DNA of 60,076 nucleotides, counting the filler, from Diploschistes diacapsis (lineage: Eukaryota), in the NCBI GenBank assembly GCA_023645945.1. It is 6 parts of 6 records of this genome, joined end to end, with 100 filler letters (N's around TTAATTAATTAA, not from the genome) between each part and the next. Parts side by side here need not be neighbours in the genome. Positions count along the whole stretch, not along the records: positions 30,125 to 40,045 come from JALAIB010000982.1; positions 40,146 to 50,062 come from JALAIB010000983.1; 4 more parts are not named here. One strand, 5' to 3'. Positions 36,710-50,162 of this stretch are shown one piece after another; within the stretch, counting starts at the first letter, position 1; the number at the start of each line of letters is the position of its first letter. The position numbers were made by a program, and so were the translations under genes. A model generated the notes under the pieces. The model saw nothing but the letters and a program-made list of their open reading frames with translations, did no database searches and was not told the DNA's origin.

Positions 36710-39700
36710 TGATATAGCAGTCCCCTAGAATAAGACAGAATGAAGCGATGGACTATAATGGAGGCGGCATTGGATGGCAACTGGAACGAGGGTTGGAGAA
36801 CTTGGAGGTAGTAGGATAACCGAGTATAAAAGTCCGCGGGCCGCACTTGATGTCGTAAAAGAGCGTTGACTTTTGTTTAATACCGAGATGGGGAATCGAA
36901 GATTATTGGTGCAGTTGTTTTATTAGGATGAGTGCATCACCATTGCAGGTGGGGGATCAAAGATGTACATAGAGGTCGAGGCTGTGCTTTGTAGGTACAA
37001 TGACCCAGCAAGCAAGAAGAAGACCAACGAAGCTTCAAGTATGGGACATGGTGCAATAACTGAGAGCTAATAAATAAGGAGGCTATGGACCCACGAACCG
37101 ACAAGGACAACTCGGTAGGGGGGTGTAATTGCTAGCAACTTTGTATAATAGATGGAAAGGAAAAGAGCAGTCGGTGCGGAAAAGGAAGAGACGCAAAGAA
37201 AAGATTAGCATGGGTCAAAGATTGGATGCACATTAGCGCCCATTAGAGCCACCGAAGCGTGCAGGGACTCTCCTCGGAAAAAATACAAAGCTTATTCTTG
37301 AAAGCTTTCGGGACTACTGTGCGGAAACGAAAATTTTCGCTCGTTTAGGTATAAATGGCTCAGCCGTCTCGCCCAAGCGCAAGGGAAGTCGGGAGCACAA
37401 GCTGTGAAATATTAGCCCCCTTGCAAGTAGATGTGGCGCCTCGTCATCAATTTGCCACAACTACTGAAGTTCTAGCCACATCTCTAGCCACAGTGCCACA
37501 AGTGCCCCGCGATTGTGGATTTTGCAAGTGTGGCTGAGCAGCATGTGGGCCGGTGCCAGCAAGCCGTCAGCATTGGTTTTATGTTGTTTTTACGTTGTTT
37601 TATGCTGTTCAACGCTGTTTTACCGCACCATCTCTCTGGTTGGCTGTGCGGTGTGGCACTCTTTCAATTTCCCGCGGAAGAGACCCCGGGCCTCTCTGGT
37701 ATACGATCGTGATTTCGGCCTATCACGTCTATACGTTGTTTTCTTCCCCATTGTACTTCATAGGCCCTATTCTCTTGAAAGTCGTTGCGACAATTGTCGA
37801 ATGGTAATCCCTACTGAAACATTACAACCTTTATCATTGTCTAACTGCTAGCTCACCCCATTTATTTAGCTCTTTACTGCTTTTTGCCTTCGGCCCCATA
37901 AGTAGGACACAAGGCCGATCTGGACAACGACATAGTTTGTAACATCGGAGGGTCGTAGTCGATTGTTACTCGCTTATTACTCAATTACCTGGCGATTACT
38001 AGGAGATGAATTATCAGTGGAGTAATAATTATAGAAATTGCACTTGAAAAATGAAAGTCTGCAATAGAAAATGAATATTGTATATATATTGTATAAATAC
38101 TGCATAAATTTATAGTAACCGATTACCGAGTAATCTTTCAGCATTCTGTAACAAAACTGTCAAAAGTCAGCTGTGGCTTGAACGCGACGATCCCTCGTAA
38201 AAAGTACTGTAGCAGAAGGGTAGATCTTTTCCTGATCGAAAAGCTGGCTGCTGTATTGGGCAAGGCAGCACACAGGGCACACGCAAACCCAAAGCGGTAC
38301 TGGAGGATTTTGGGCAGCTACAGAATGCGACGATCCTTCGAGTAGGCAATCTTCAGTTTGTCATTTGTATGCGCCGAGCTTCCCTTGCAGATGGGATGGC
38401 GTGATGGGTTTGAATAGCCTTTTAGCAATGATGTTGGATCAACTTATTCGCAAAGAACAACCCCGAAAGGAAATTGTTTTGGATCTAATGCGCACGCTGC
38501 GAGAGACGACAAACCTCGTGCAAGACAGGCTCAAGTTAGGTACAACAATTTGAATCTCAGCAACGTCCTATGGGCTGCTGCCACCCCGCTAATTAAATGA
38601 GGCTGTTAATCATCCCCATTTCTTCCGGGACGGTTGAAGAGACTCGAGCAATGGCCAATCCAAAGTCGACGCTTCAGCTTTTAGCCTTTCCCTCCACGAA
38701 GCCCCATTTTGACCGTTAAAGAGCGCCACAAGGTAAGAAATTTCTCTCCCGCAAGAACGAAACCTGTTGCTTTTCCCAAGGTAACATGGCCCACTGTATT
38801 GTATGCATATTGTGCGCGACTACAATGTTGTACGTATACTTGTATACTTCGTAGTGTTTCGTACTGAGTTTTCTTCTATCTTCTATCGGGTAAATATACT
38901 TCGATCGAGGTTTTATTAGCACAGAAGGCGGTTAGCCAATCATGGGTGACATGTCCCCACACTAATAAGATATGCAATTTTACCTGCAGAAAAACGTGGC
39001 AGCCAAAGTTGTTCCCCTACCATGAGATTGAGCATTTGACCGAGAAAATAGATACCCAATGTAAAGGAGGAGGAGGCGGCCCATACAATAGATATTAACA
39101 GCATAGATACAAGGTCCAAGACATCTATAAATTAATTGTCTTTGTTTCAGGGCGAAAGCCTGTAATGGAGACTTCCAATCCGCAAAGCCAGTCGGTGAAA
39201 GCGACGGGTCTGTACTTCGGTTGTTGTTCTCCATGGGGGGGTACTAGTAACGGGGTCCTAGCCATGACATTGCACCGCCACTGTGGCGTTGCCTGGGTCT
39301 CAAAGGCTTGTGTGGCTTATGTGGCGGGGTGACGCGTGGCTGCTTGGCACATATACACTTAGGCCCTGCAACAAAGACGTCGTCGTCGCAGCTTTGGTGC
39401 AGGCGCACGATACATTTATTTACGCTTGATTACAACAAACGTAGATACACTTCGTAGTTTTTTTGGTGATCTACGCCATCTACTTTTCTTTCCTTAGATT
39501 TGCCGGTATCTTTTTTTCGGATCTGAGCTTCTTTGACTCGTAAATGTACTTCACCACGAGATGAAATCACCCCACCGAGTGAATCACCCAATACAAATTA
39601 TGCGAGTTATGCAGATTTTGTATTGATGGAGCAACCCCCGTTATGTCCCAGTTTGTACGTGCACCATCCAGCATTAGTGGATGATCAATCTGCACGCAGA

Positions 39701-39899
39701 CCTGCATGATATAAGTTGAGAAAATATAAGAGCCAGTAAGCAGCTTGATCGAGGTTGCGCATGAGCAGATTGGCCCCTATTACATACCAGATCTAAGCCA
39801 AGGGACACGAGATACCTCGACAAGCATGCAATGATCTCAGATAGCCCAGATAGGATACCCATAGGTAGCAGTCCACTCGTGGCCATCTTAGGCTTCGTA

Positions 39900-40006
39900 C
39901 AGTCAGGTGCCAAAAGTAGTTAGGTACACCATAAGCGGCAAGTAAATAAACAGTCAACTCTTTACTGCCGCTTATGGTGTACCTAACTACTTTTGGCCTA
40001 GTACTG
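39900..40006. mobile_element. Tc1/mariner-type MITE (107 bp) with TA target-site duplication
   Basis: TA|CAGT...ACTG|TA ends; perfect 32-bp inverted repeat at 39909-39940 and 39966-39997 (GCCAAAAGTAGTTAGGTACACCATAAGCGGCA). Confidence 0.75.
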
Positions 40007-40045
40007 TAAATGCGTGAATAATGAGGTGGAAAGATCATCTGAGGT

Positions 40046-40145
40046 NNNNNNNNNNNNNNNNNNNNNNNNNNNNNNNNNNNNNNNNNNNNTTAATTAATTA
40101 ANNNNNNNNNNNNNNNNNNNNNNNNNNNNNNNNNNNNNNNNNNNN
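40046..40145. other. Artificial 100-nt contig spacer
   Basis: N run containing TTAATTAATTAA. Confidence 0.98.
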
Positions 40146-40340
40146 GTGCGGAGGTGAGGCCATTTTCCTGGGTGCGGTGCTCTGGGTTAGTGAATGGAGA
40201 ATGTTGATGGCAGATGCAGGTTCAAAGACAACATCTGAATAACGGCGTTTGGGGAAACAGGGGGAAATTAATAGTCATTTATTAGATTTCCTAGAAGCGC
40301 GGAATAATTGAAAAGCAAGGGTGGGAATGGATCTACGTAC

Positions 40341-40548
40341 CGGCGAGGGCGGCAGACACGAGATTCCGGGATGCTGAAATTAGGCGGGCAAAGAGAGGGG
40401 AGGACAGAGGAATGAGTTGGCGGACTACGACGTAGCCGTCGTGGTGGAGGGAGGAGAGGATCTCCTGTGCGGAAGGAATCTGAGAGCTGTTGGATTGAAC
40501 ATGAGTGGAGAAAGGGGGAACATGAGTTGCCGTGGTCGTCGACGTCAT
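40341..40548 (-). CDS. First exon of a probable phytanoyl-CoA dioxygenase (PhyH) family protein; remainder is off-contig
   Basis: MTS...EILSSLHHDGYVVVRQLIP (PhyH-like 'DGYVVV' start) followed by a GTACGT donor. Confidence 0.5.
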
Positions 40549-40851
40549 GGTGGATGTACTGTATTCAAACGAAGCGACAGAAAGCGCTCACGTTCGACAA
40601 TCGACGTGCCTGTAATTGAAGCTTGAGCTAATCTCCTCGCAGTGCGTAGCGAGCGCGATGTATAAACTTCGAATGCTTGACATGCACAATGACGCTGTTT
40701 CTCGCGCTTTCTGCGGAGTAACTGCAACAGGTGTGGGGAATGCTGCTATGCTGGCCCCAAATGTCAACCAGGATTCGAAGTGAAGAGTACATATGCTCGC
40801 TAAGGTATCCAAAAGTCCGAACGATCGGTCTCTGCCTCAATTGAAGCATTC

Positions 40852-43800
40852 TCAATGCCTCAGCTTATACCCCTCACCAAGACACCGCCAGTGCCTAATA
40901 GGCCTCTTCTCTTCCAGCTCCACAACCCACCATAACACCTCTCTAGCTTTCTCAGCCTGCCCGCTCTCCTCGTATGCTCTTGCCAGCGCGAACCAAGCTT
41001 CGCTATCATCCCAGCCCAGTCCTAGCTTTGTGAGCGCGGACAGTAACCCATAAGCACGGTCTCGGGCAGCAAGGCGGTCAAGCACTTCCGGGTCGTCGCT
41101 CCAGGGGTCTGAGCTTGATACTGGAATCGCGTCTGCTTCTTGGACAAATTCGCCATCCACGATGGCTGACGAATCATCGAGTCCAGCCAGCGTTGAGTCA
41201 AGGGTCCGTGAACTTGGGAATTTGGAGAATATGGGCATTGTTGACTCGTTCTTTGGACCTTCCGACTCCAAATGTCGACCTAGTGATGGCTGCTTCGGCT
41301 GGAGCGGAATCTTTTGCGAGTAAATGTCGAGAAGAATATTCGCTAGACAGACCGATGCCGCTGGATGATCGAGGACATGCGAAAGTGCTCCTTCATATTT
41401 GATCATGGCCTCATACGGGTCTCCTTCAGCAACACAGAGGTTACCCATCTCAGCGTATGCGTCTGCCCAAATCTCCTCTACACTCCGGACGCCGCCCCAA
41501 GCTGGCTCGTCAAAATCCTGGACAGTGACCTGGCTTTCTGCAGCAACGGCGGCCTCTACGAGCTTTGCCTGCTTGAAGGCTTCGTCGACAGCTTCCCGAG
41601 CATCCTCGAGCATCCCAGCTCGGCGATATAATGCGGCAATGAATAACCAGATCCGCTGAAGAAGAGAAAGGGCGAAACGACGGTTATCTGACTCTGGGAA
41701 GAGTGGTGCCGGAACTACAAAAGAAGGCTTTCGAATCGTCGATGCTTGGAGGTAAAAGTCACTTTCGGGAAGACGCTCACGGTGGACTCCGGGCTGTTCT
41801 TCTAAAGGCGGAGGTAAGTTCGCTGCAGAGAGAGGGTTGAATTGGGCGGTCACTGATGCGCGAAGGTCATGCGAAACTGCGATACCTACTTCACTTGGGT
41901 CGTAGGATGTTGCCGTTCCTGGTCGTGAGTAATTTGGTACGCCGTTTGGCTGTTCATGGTTACTCGTGACCGCTAGCTCTGACGGACTCCTTAGTTGAGT
42001 GTCCGTAAGGTTGCCCTCTGTTATCATAGGGTCCTTTGCCGGTGTATTTTTAACGGGAGCTGCTTTAGTAGGAGTAATTTCGGCTTCGGATATCTGATTT
42101 GAAACCCTTGTCGGACTTGCTGGGCGACTGCGCTTGATACTGCGTTTACTGACACGCTTTTGTAGTTTGCCAGAGTTCTGTCGAGTTACTTGAGATAGGT
42201 TCGTAAATTGTTGTGGCTTCGGTGTTTCTTCGTTGATTGCGATAGTTGGTGCTCTTGAGGTTCCCTCTGAAAGGCGCCTCGGCAGCACAGACAGCGCTGC
42301 AGTGTTCTCACGTCCAATGGACTTAGTGTCCTTGTGGCGACCAAAGAAGCTCCCCCGAAAACTCTTGATTGTTCCTGTGGCGGTGTGTGGAGGATCATTT
42401 GTTTTCTCAGTTGGTGGAGGTTTGGAAGCCGGGTTATCGAAGAAGTTCGTATAAAGTCTTAGCAAATTAATGCCCGTATTGACAGCTAACTCCGGACCGT
42501 CGTTGATCTCAATCAAGCTCATCTGGGTCATTTTAGCCTCGATGAACTGCTGCTTATCAAAGAAGCCCATTGTAGAAGCTTCGGATCGAGCTTTCACCTG
42601 TCCCTTAGGAGTCTCAAATTGCTCGAGAATGGTTGAGCATGCGACTTCTGCTGTTTCAAACTCCTGCCTTGAGCTCAAAAGAAGTGCTAGTAGGTGCCAA
42701 CACTCGGTGAGCGGGCCCGTTCTTGTCACTCGCGTTCTCAATTCTTCTACAAATGACGGCTTATCCACAGGGTCGGTAAAGGTGCGAGATTCTGAGGCCA
42801 ATGCCTGCTTCACGGCCGCTATCGCATCTTCGATGTCACGGCTCTCCGCTAAGGCCAACGCAAGCGCGTAAAGAATGGAAGGATCCTCCTCTGCTGCATG
42901 ATCGCAGCGCAGTGCTGCACGAAATTGAGCAATCGCCTCCGCTTGGAGCTGTGATCGCATGCTTGTCTCATAGGTGAGCCGCGCCCAGCTGGCCTTGCTC
43001 GTTCCAATTGCTTTGTGGATGGCGCTCAGAACCTGTGTACTGAGCAGCATGGCTGATTCGCTATTTTGACCAGTCTCTTCTGAACCTGGCCCATTGGGCG
43101 ACGGATTTTCGTGCTTCAAGAGCCATTGCTCAAGAGTCCGTGCTAGGACTGTTGATTTCTGAACTTGCTTTCGCTTTCCAGATTCGCATAGCATTTCAAT
43201 ACCAGCAGCAATTGTCCGAAGCATCATCTCGTCACTATCCAAGCTAGGCTCTGGATGACCGGACTTTTCAACCCGAGCCTTCCCTTTGGAAACGATTTCT
43301 AAGTACGAGTCAAGAGCCCTTTCAGCAAGTTCAAACTCAGCAAGCGACGCGTGAACGGTAAACAAGTGTCGTAAGACAGAGGTTGAGTGAAACGTCCGTG
43401 TTGCAGCACGGTAGAGTATCTGTGGAAGATAGCATTAGCCGAGAGCTCACGACCAAGAAGCAATGCTCATACGTCGAGGGTTTTGCGCCCAACGCCAGCC
43501 TTGCCTGCATCTCCAAGATCCCGGTCGTGCCACTTGAAGCCACAGAGTACGCTCCAATTTGACATTACAGTTTCGACCCACTCATCAATTTCGACATTAA
43601 CTTTACTGGCCTCTGGAAATGAAATGTCTCTCAACAGAATGCCCTCGTAGACCGCCTTGACTTTTTCCAGCTCCTGGTATTGAATTCCACGCTGATCGTC
43701 AGCGGTAGACTTTTCGGAGAGTTGCAAGCCTTGCGTCGAATGAGCGGGATACGGTAGATCAAGCAGGATGATCTCCGAGAGCAGATCATAGTACGACTTC

Positions 43801-44770
43801 CAAACAAGACGTCTTTGACTACGCTTGCGGATAGCGGACTCAGATGTCGTATCCATTGAAGCTCCTTGCGAGGAACCCCAATGCTTTGCCCACGATCTGA
43901 AAGCTGTGAGACATAATATTGGATCCGCATGACTCTTTCTTTTCTTGACACTGTCTTGAAAAGAGCCATAGAAAGAACCGCAACATCGGCTAAAGAACCT
44001 TTCCCACCAGAAGTTGTATTCTGCCGAACCAGAGAACGTGCTAGGCAAGGATTCGAGACTTTGTAGGCACGATTCGTAGACTGCTTGTATATCTTGGCGC
44101 CTGCCAATGGCTTCTTCGGAAGAACCTGAACGCAAGAGCCATGTCAATGATGTGTCACCAATACGGATGCTCGACGCTTACCCCGAATAAATGCAGCTTT
44201 CACTAGACAGACGTACGTCCACCCCTGCAACCTGTTGGATCCACCCTCCTTCCCATTGATGCTAGGCGGGAGTTCCTGGGGAACATTGGCCTTTGCAAGA
44301 GCGTAGTCTCCAAAATTCCAATACAACCAGCTTAGACTCGTCTGAGCTTGGTAAGCATCCTCAGGATACTGATTCTCAAGCGCAATGGCACTCTCCAGCT
44401 CTCTCGCCAGGTGTAACAAAGGGTTCGCAGTTGTCGCTGTACCGGGTGGAACGCCACTGGCTGGTCGTTTGCTGGGTTGCTTCGCTATTTGCGCCTCTGC
44501 TCGAGCGGTGCAGGCCAAACCTACCGGTGAAACGGCATTAATAACGCTCAATGCTTGTCGGAGCTAATACTAACTTTTTCTGGACGGTGCATGTTTTTCT
44601 ACCTTTCTTGCCAGCTCCGGTACCTCTGCCCAAGTGCCATTACATCGAGCTGCATCCAATTGCGACAAGTAGCGAGTGGCCTTGTCTGATTGCCGACCCT
44701 GTCATTGTTAATCTATGCGGCCTGGCAGTCGCAGTCGCGTGGCTGCTGATTCTTGACGTACAATTGACAT
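40852..44770 (-). CDS. YPP1: Ypp1/TTC7-like TPR protein (filamentation protein Rhf1-like), multi-exon
   Basis: MSI (donor GTACGT) GRQSDKATRYLSQLDAARC..W.EVPELARKVEKHAP; FPEASKVNVEIDEWVETVMSNW; AERALDSYLEI; RDRAYGLLSALTKLGLGWDDSEAWFALARAYE..LWWVVELEEKRPIRHW. Confidence 0.85.
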
Positions 44771-45158
44771 TTTCAAACTGTCATAAATTCGGTGCACAAT
44801 GCATCCCTTAAGAGTATGGAAAGGCTTTTCTCGGCATGAAAGAAGCCATTTACATTGCTGTAAAAGCGTTGCAACCTGAACGGCGGAGCTGTGTTTCCTG
44901 GAACGCGGCCTGTGCGTCATTGGTGCGCGTTTTGAAAAATTATTCCCAAAGAGAAAGACTCCGCACCTCTTCTCCTTGATTTTACTACATAGGGAGGTAC
45001 TATGGCATCTGCTGCACTGAAAGACCTTTTCCCTCCGTCAAAACCAGCATGGCGAGCGTGTTGAAAAACCAATGGAATTCGTGAAGGTCCACTATTAACT
45101 CAAGGCCTTTACTGGAGTTATTGAAGCAATTTGAGCTTAGGAAAGCTGGGATTTGGCC

Positions 45159-47618
45159 ATGAGCAGGCAGGTGCATCCCATCAGGTTGGTTACTCAGCGT
45201 TTGTCCACAGTGCAGCCGAGTCAGCTACCGCATATACTCCCTTCAATCCTAGAGACTTTGAGTCTGTGTGGCGATGTGCTTTCCGGTAAGGAACGTATAA
45301 CTAAAGATGGGTCGGATCTCTCAGTTTTAGTGCATAAATTGAAGACTCAGATATCATCGCTCTTGCAAGATAAGAAACAGTCGAGCAGATGGGCAGCCGT
45401 TGCATTGATCAAGACGAGCATTGAGACTGGGAAGCCGGATATCCTCCAAAGCGCTCAGCCATGGGTTCAAGGCCTTCTTGGGTTGCTTGGGGTAAGCCCC
45501 ATGAAAACTGTGCTGCGAGTATTACTTCTCTAACAGGTAGATATGTAGAAGCCAGAGCCTTCTGTGACCAAGAAAGCGGTCATTATGACGCTGACGAGAA
45601 CCTTTCTTCTTACCCATGGGCAGCCTACATTGCTGAGAGAACTCACGAGTCCATCGTTGGCTCCATTTGCTACTTTATGTCTTAAAAATGTGACTGTCCA
45701 AGCATCGGATGGTAACGGCAGAGTTACGGATGTATATAGCCCGCTACTAGATACTGTGCTACAGTCTTTCATCAAGCTGATTCCCAATCACCCTACTTCT
45801 CTCAGACCTTTTATTGGGCGGTTTCGGTCTTTGCTATTTCCCTTACTCGCCCCGACTCCATCCAATTTGTTGCTAGAAGAATCCAGCAAGTTGGCACGAT
45901 GTCAGCCATCGCAAAGGTCGACTGGATTAGCTCAGCGGTTGCATGCCCTACTTCCAAACTGCGCGCCAAAGAACGGATCGAGTGAGGAGTGGAGCAAATA
46001 TATCCGCCTGGTACTGAAAGAGGTCAACAGAATTGCAGATAAGGTCTTTCGAGGAATTACCGAGTCTACGGCCCATGGCATACCAACAAGACATGAGAGT
46101 AAGATGTCTTCTGATGAGTTAGGGGATACAACGGAAAACGAACTTGGACTGCCGGCATGGCAGGGGATATACGCAGGTTGCGAAAGATTGATTGGCCTTT
46201 TACAGCTTTTGCAGGCATATGTTGCGACTAGAACTACAACGACCGTCTCTGTTCCCCTCGGCATGATGTTCCCCCTTCTGGACAGAATCTTGACCGTTTT
46301 GGCCCCGTCGCATTCTCGCTCAAAAAACGTTGAGACGCAAGTCAATTCTGCCGTGCCACGGGAGGAAAGGGACGCTTTGTATTCGATGCTGCCGAAGCTG
46401 CACATTGCAGCCATTGAAAGCTATTCTCTTTTACTATCAAGGGCCGGCAAGAGTTCAATGAGCTTCATTTACGAGATCTTCGAGCAAGTCACTTGGTTCT
46501 TTCAACGAACGGAGACTACTGCTGAGAGCCGAATTGCAATATTCAATCTTATCACTCAGGTGGTCGAAATGATTGGGCCTTCTTTCACCTCAGAGAACTG
46601 CTCACACATCTCCGCGATACTGCGCGGAGCTTGTAGGGATCTGCGACCTCGAAAGAGCAAAGAAGAATCAGTATCATCTGATGGTTCCAAAGTGACAAAC
46701 CCTCCTTCGCACAATGCAGACTCATACACTGCAGCTGGAAATAATCGGTTGCATACGACAGACGAGATATCGAAGAGGCATAAAAGGTCAGCCCTGCGTC
46801 TCATCTCCGTTTCGATAGCTTTATTACCTGCTGGGAAAGTTGCAGCCTCAACCAGGCATGAAATGGACCAGATTGCAGTGCTCATGAAAAGCGAGCAAGC
46901 CCTAATAGCAGGTGTACTCAATCCAGCAAGGTCTAGCAAAGGCTCACACACTCCGGATTTGCTGCCATTCCTCTCCAGGTTATATCCAAGATCACTAAAC
47001 ACCGAAGCTCTCTTACGGCCACGGATCCCTTTAATTCAGAGAAAAGGGGGGACGATAGAGAATGATGGTTCAGAATCTGAGGAGATGGCATCTGCATCTG
47101 GTGGAGATGATCTTGATTTTGAATCAAGGCCAGATGTCATAGGATATCAACCTACCACAAACCTATCGTTTGAGCAGCCACTAGTAGTAACGTCAGACTT
47201 GACAAAGATTGTGTCCGATGGAGAAGCAATGATGGATCATCCTGAGGAGCGTAATGCTTCAGTTACGTCTCCAAAACGGGCACGTGCACTTGACATTAGC
47301 GAGTCGATACAAGACCAGATTACTACCAGCTCAGAGCCAATATCGAAGCGACTAAGGCTAGATGACGAAGTATCAAATGAGCTGATCGTGCCGGAGAACG
47401 AAGCAGCGTACGCGGAAGAGACGGCTGAAGCGATAAGTGCAGCAAAAGACAGCCCGCCGCCAATGACCAAGTCTACAAGCAGAGGTCAGCAAGCGGCCGA
47501 TAGCGATAGTGACAGCGAAGGCAGCTTTGTGGTACCGCCAATTATACTGGACTCCGATACAGATGAGGACGAAGATGAGGACGAGGAAGAGCAAGATAAT
47601 ATGGCTTTAGATGCGTGA
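45159..47618 (+). CDS. RIX1: Pre-rRNA-processing protein Rix1, intron near 45492-45550
   Basis: LVHKLKTQISSLLQ..SRWAAVALIK, PWVQGLLGLL, QPTLLRELTSPSL, HPTSLRPF, REERDAL, EALLRPRIP; acidic tail. Confidence 0.88.
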
Positions 47619-48429
47619 TTCGGCTACGTCTACTATGAAGAGGAAAGGGCTGGATTCGGACTGGTTGCGCCATGAGACGATACATTAGCATTCCATGCCG
47701 GAGTACTGTAGCAGCCACAGCTTCTGTACTCTGCGCAGTATTCGGGTATGCAAGTTTACTACAGGGAGGAAAGCCCTACTATGGAAGGCAATAAACATTC
47801 GAGCAACCTCGGGTCCGTCCATTCTCTGTTGCTTTGTGCGTTTTCCATTGACCTGAACAGGACAGGATATCAATCCCATAAACGAGTAAGTTACGAGTCC
47901 GTGTTGAATCGGCCTCAAAAGTGTGGAGTGTTTTCTACACCACGATGAACCTGAAATGGACTGGCGGCTTGACATCCTCGAAATGTGCCGGGTTAGTGGA
48001 CCAACAGTAGCGACAGAAGCTGAACGGATTGTGTGCCATGTGTACAGAGCACAAGTACCTGCATTGTGATTCGTGTCTACATGAAGGAGTAGGGTATCAT
48101 TCATGATGCACGCATGCAGGAACAAAAGATCTCTGCAGACCTAGATGACTTGATCTCGCTGCAACCCCACCATTATCACCATCGCCGTTGAAAGCGGCGC
48201 GGGGAATCTTTTTTTTTCCCCCTTTCGTCACACATTGAAACCCGGCTCAGAATAGATAGGAAAATCTTTCCATGATGGAGTCTTACTGCTGTGTACTGTG
48301 ACTCATTGCTTTCGCACATTCAACCTCACCACTTGCTACTTTCTCTTATTCTCCTGCTTCTACTCTACTGATTGTCCTCAACCATAACTTATCGAATTCT
48401 ACTCAAATTTCTAACCGCAACAAAGAGTC

Positions 48430-49515
48430 ATGGTTAAGGAGAATGGCACAACTAATGGCATCGCCAATGGGACTAGCCACGAGCCAAACGGCTCTACAGC
48501 CCCGAGTTTCACTGTTAAAGCAGGGCTGGCACAAATGCTAAAGGGGGGTGTAATTATGGACGTCATCAACGCTGAACAGGTTCGCCACTCCCTATCTCTC
48601 CCCATCACACCCTGCTAATGATTGTTGCAGGCCCGCATAGCAGAAGAAGCAGGCGCATGCGCCGTAATGGCCCTGGAGCGCGTGCCCGCCGACATTCGAG
48701 CCCAAGGTGGCGTAGCACGCATGTCGGACCCTATGCTCATCAGGGAGATCCAAGCCGCGGTCACTATACCTGTCATGGCGAAGGCGCGCATTGGACACTA
48801 CGTCGAGTGCCAGGTACAGCGCCCATATTTCCCCAGGCTAACCGCTGCACACCTTCTTTTGGCACCATTCATGAGACATCCCAACATCTGACCCTTCCTT
48901 TAGATCCTCGAAGCTCTAGCGGTAGACTACATCGACGAGTCCGAAGTCCTCACCCCCGCCGATCCCACATACCATGTCGACAAGCACCTTTTCCGTACGC
49001 CCTTCGTCTGCGGCTGCCGCAATCTCGGCGAGGCCCTCCGCCGCATCAACGAGGGAGCAGCTATGATACGCACAAAGGGCGAAGCCGGCACAGGGGACGT
49101 GGTTGAGGCCGTACGCCACGCTCGGACCGTCGCGGACGAGATAGCTGCCGCGCAAGAGATGGGAGCGAAGGAGATAGCGCAGCATGCCTCGGGGATGAAG
49201 GTGCCGGTGATACTGTTGCAGGAGACGGTAGAGTTGGGGAGGCTGCCAGTCGTGAACTTCGCGGCAGGAGGCGTGGCGACGCCGGCGGATGCGGCGCTCA
49301 TGATGCAGATGGGGTGCGACGGGGTGTTTGTCGGGAGCGGAATCTTCAAAAGCGGGGATGCGAGGAAGAGGGCGAAGGCTATTGTGCAGGCGGTTACACA
49401 CTTCAGGGACCCCAAGGTCCTGGCGCAGGTCAGCGAGGGCCTGGGCGAGGCGATGGTGGGAATCAGCGTTGGGAGCTTGGCGCAGGATCAGAAGATGGCT
49501 GGGAGAGGGTGGTGA
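48430..49515 (+). CDS. SNZ1: Pyridoxal 5'-phosphate synthase subunit Pdx1/Snz (two introns)
   Basis: [81 protein letters not shown]. Confidence 0.96.
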
Positions 49516-50062
49516 TGACTCGCATTCGGTCGGGGACCAGATCGACATTGTGCATGGGATGCATTGCGTGACGAAGCGGGTCAACGGCGTACATAAGGGA
49601 TAGCATAAGCCATAGACAAAAGCCACCCATGCTCTTAAAAATGCACTATGAATACCGAGTTTCGCTTGGTTTTGCTGATTGAAGGCTTTGGTAATCGGAA
49701 ACACTTCGGAGTCCCCGACAACTATTATAATAAACAATATTATGCTGATCCTAAACGAAGGCGTCGATGCCCAGTGTTCAGGAACTCGCTGACACGTTTT
49801 TGGGAGTACGTTGTAGTCACGAGAGAAAGAAAGATGGATTGGATGGTAGGCCTCTCAGGGGCGCCCTGGCCATCTATACACGGTGGCATACGCTACAAAA
49901 GCAAGTAATAACGGCAGGAAAAGCCACATTCTTACCGGATGACTCCAAAGCCCTCGCCTTTCCCCCAGCTCCCTATCGAAACCTCGCTAGCCAACCAATC
50001 ACTAGAACCCGCGTCAGCACTGCCTTTCCCCCCACCCCTTCCTCCTCTCAGCACCACATCAC

Positions 50063-50162
50063 NNNNNNNNNNNNNNNNNNNNNNNNNNNNNNNNNNNNNN
50101 NNNNNNTTAATTAATTAANNNNNNNNNNNNNNNNNNNNNNNNNNNNNNNNNNNNNNNNNNNN
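50063..50162. other. Artificial 100-nt contig spacer
   Basis: N run containing TTAATTAATTAA. Confidence 0.98.

Noticed and set aside
37201..37213. AAGATTAGCATGG matches the U6 snRNA core
   Set aside because: The ACAGAGA box and the downstream U6 sequence are absent; chance 13-mer.
45492..45502. GTAAGCCCCAT, whose reverse complement resembles the RNase MRP P4 strand
   Set aside because: It is the RIX1 intron donor site, and no partner P4 strand was seen.
48430..49515. Vitamin B6 cluster or riboswitch near SNZ1
   Set aside because: No SNO/PDX2 gene on this contig, and no TPP-aptamer consensus was seen.
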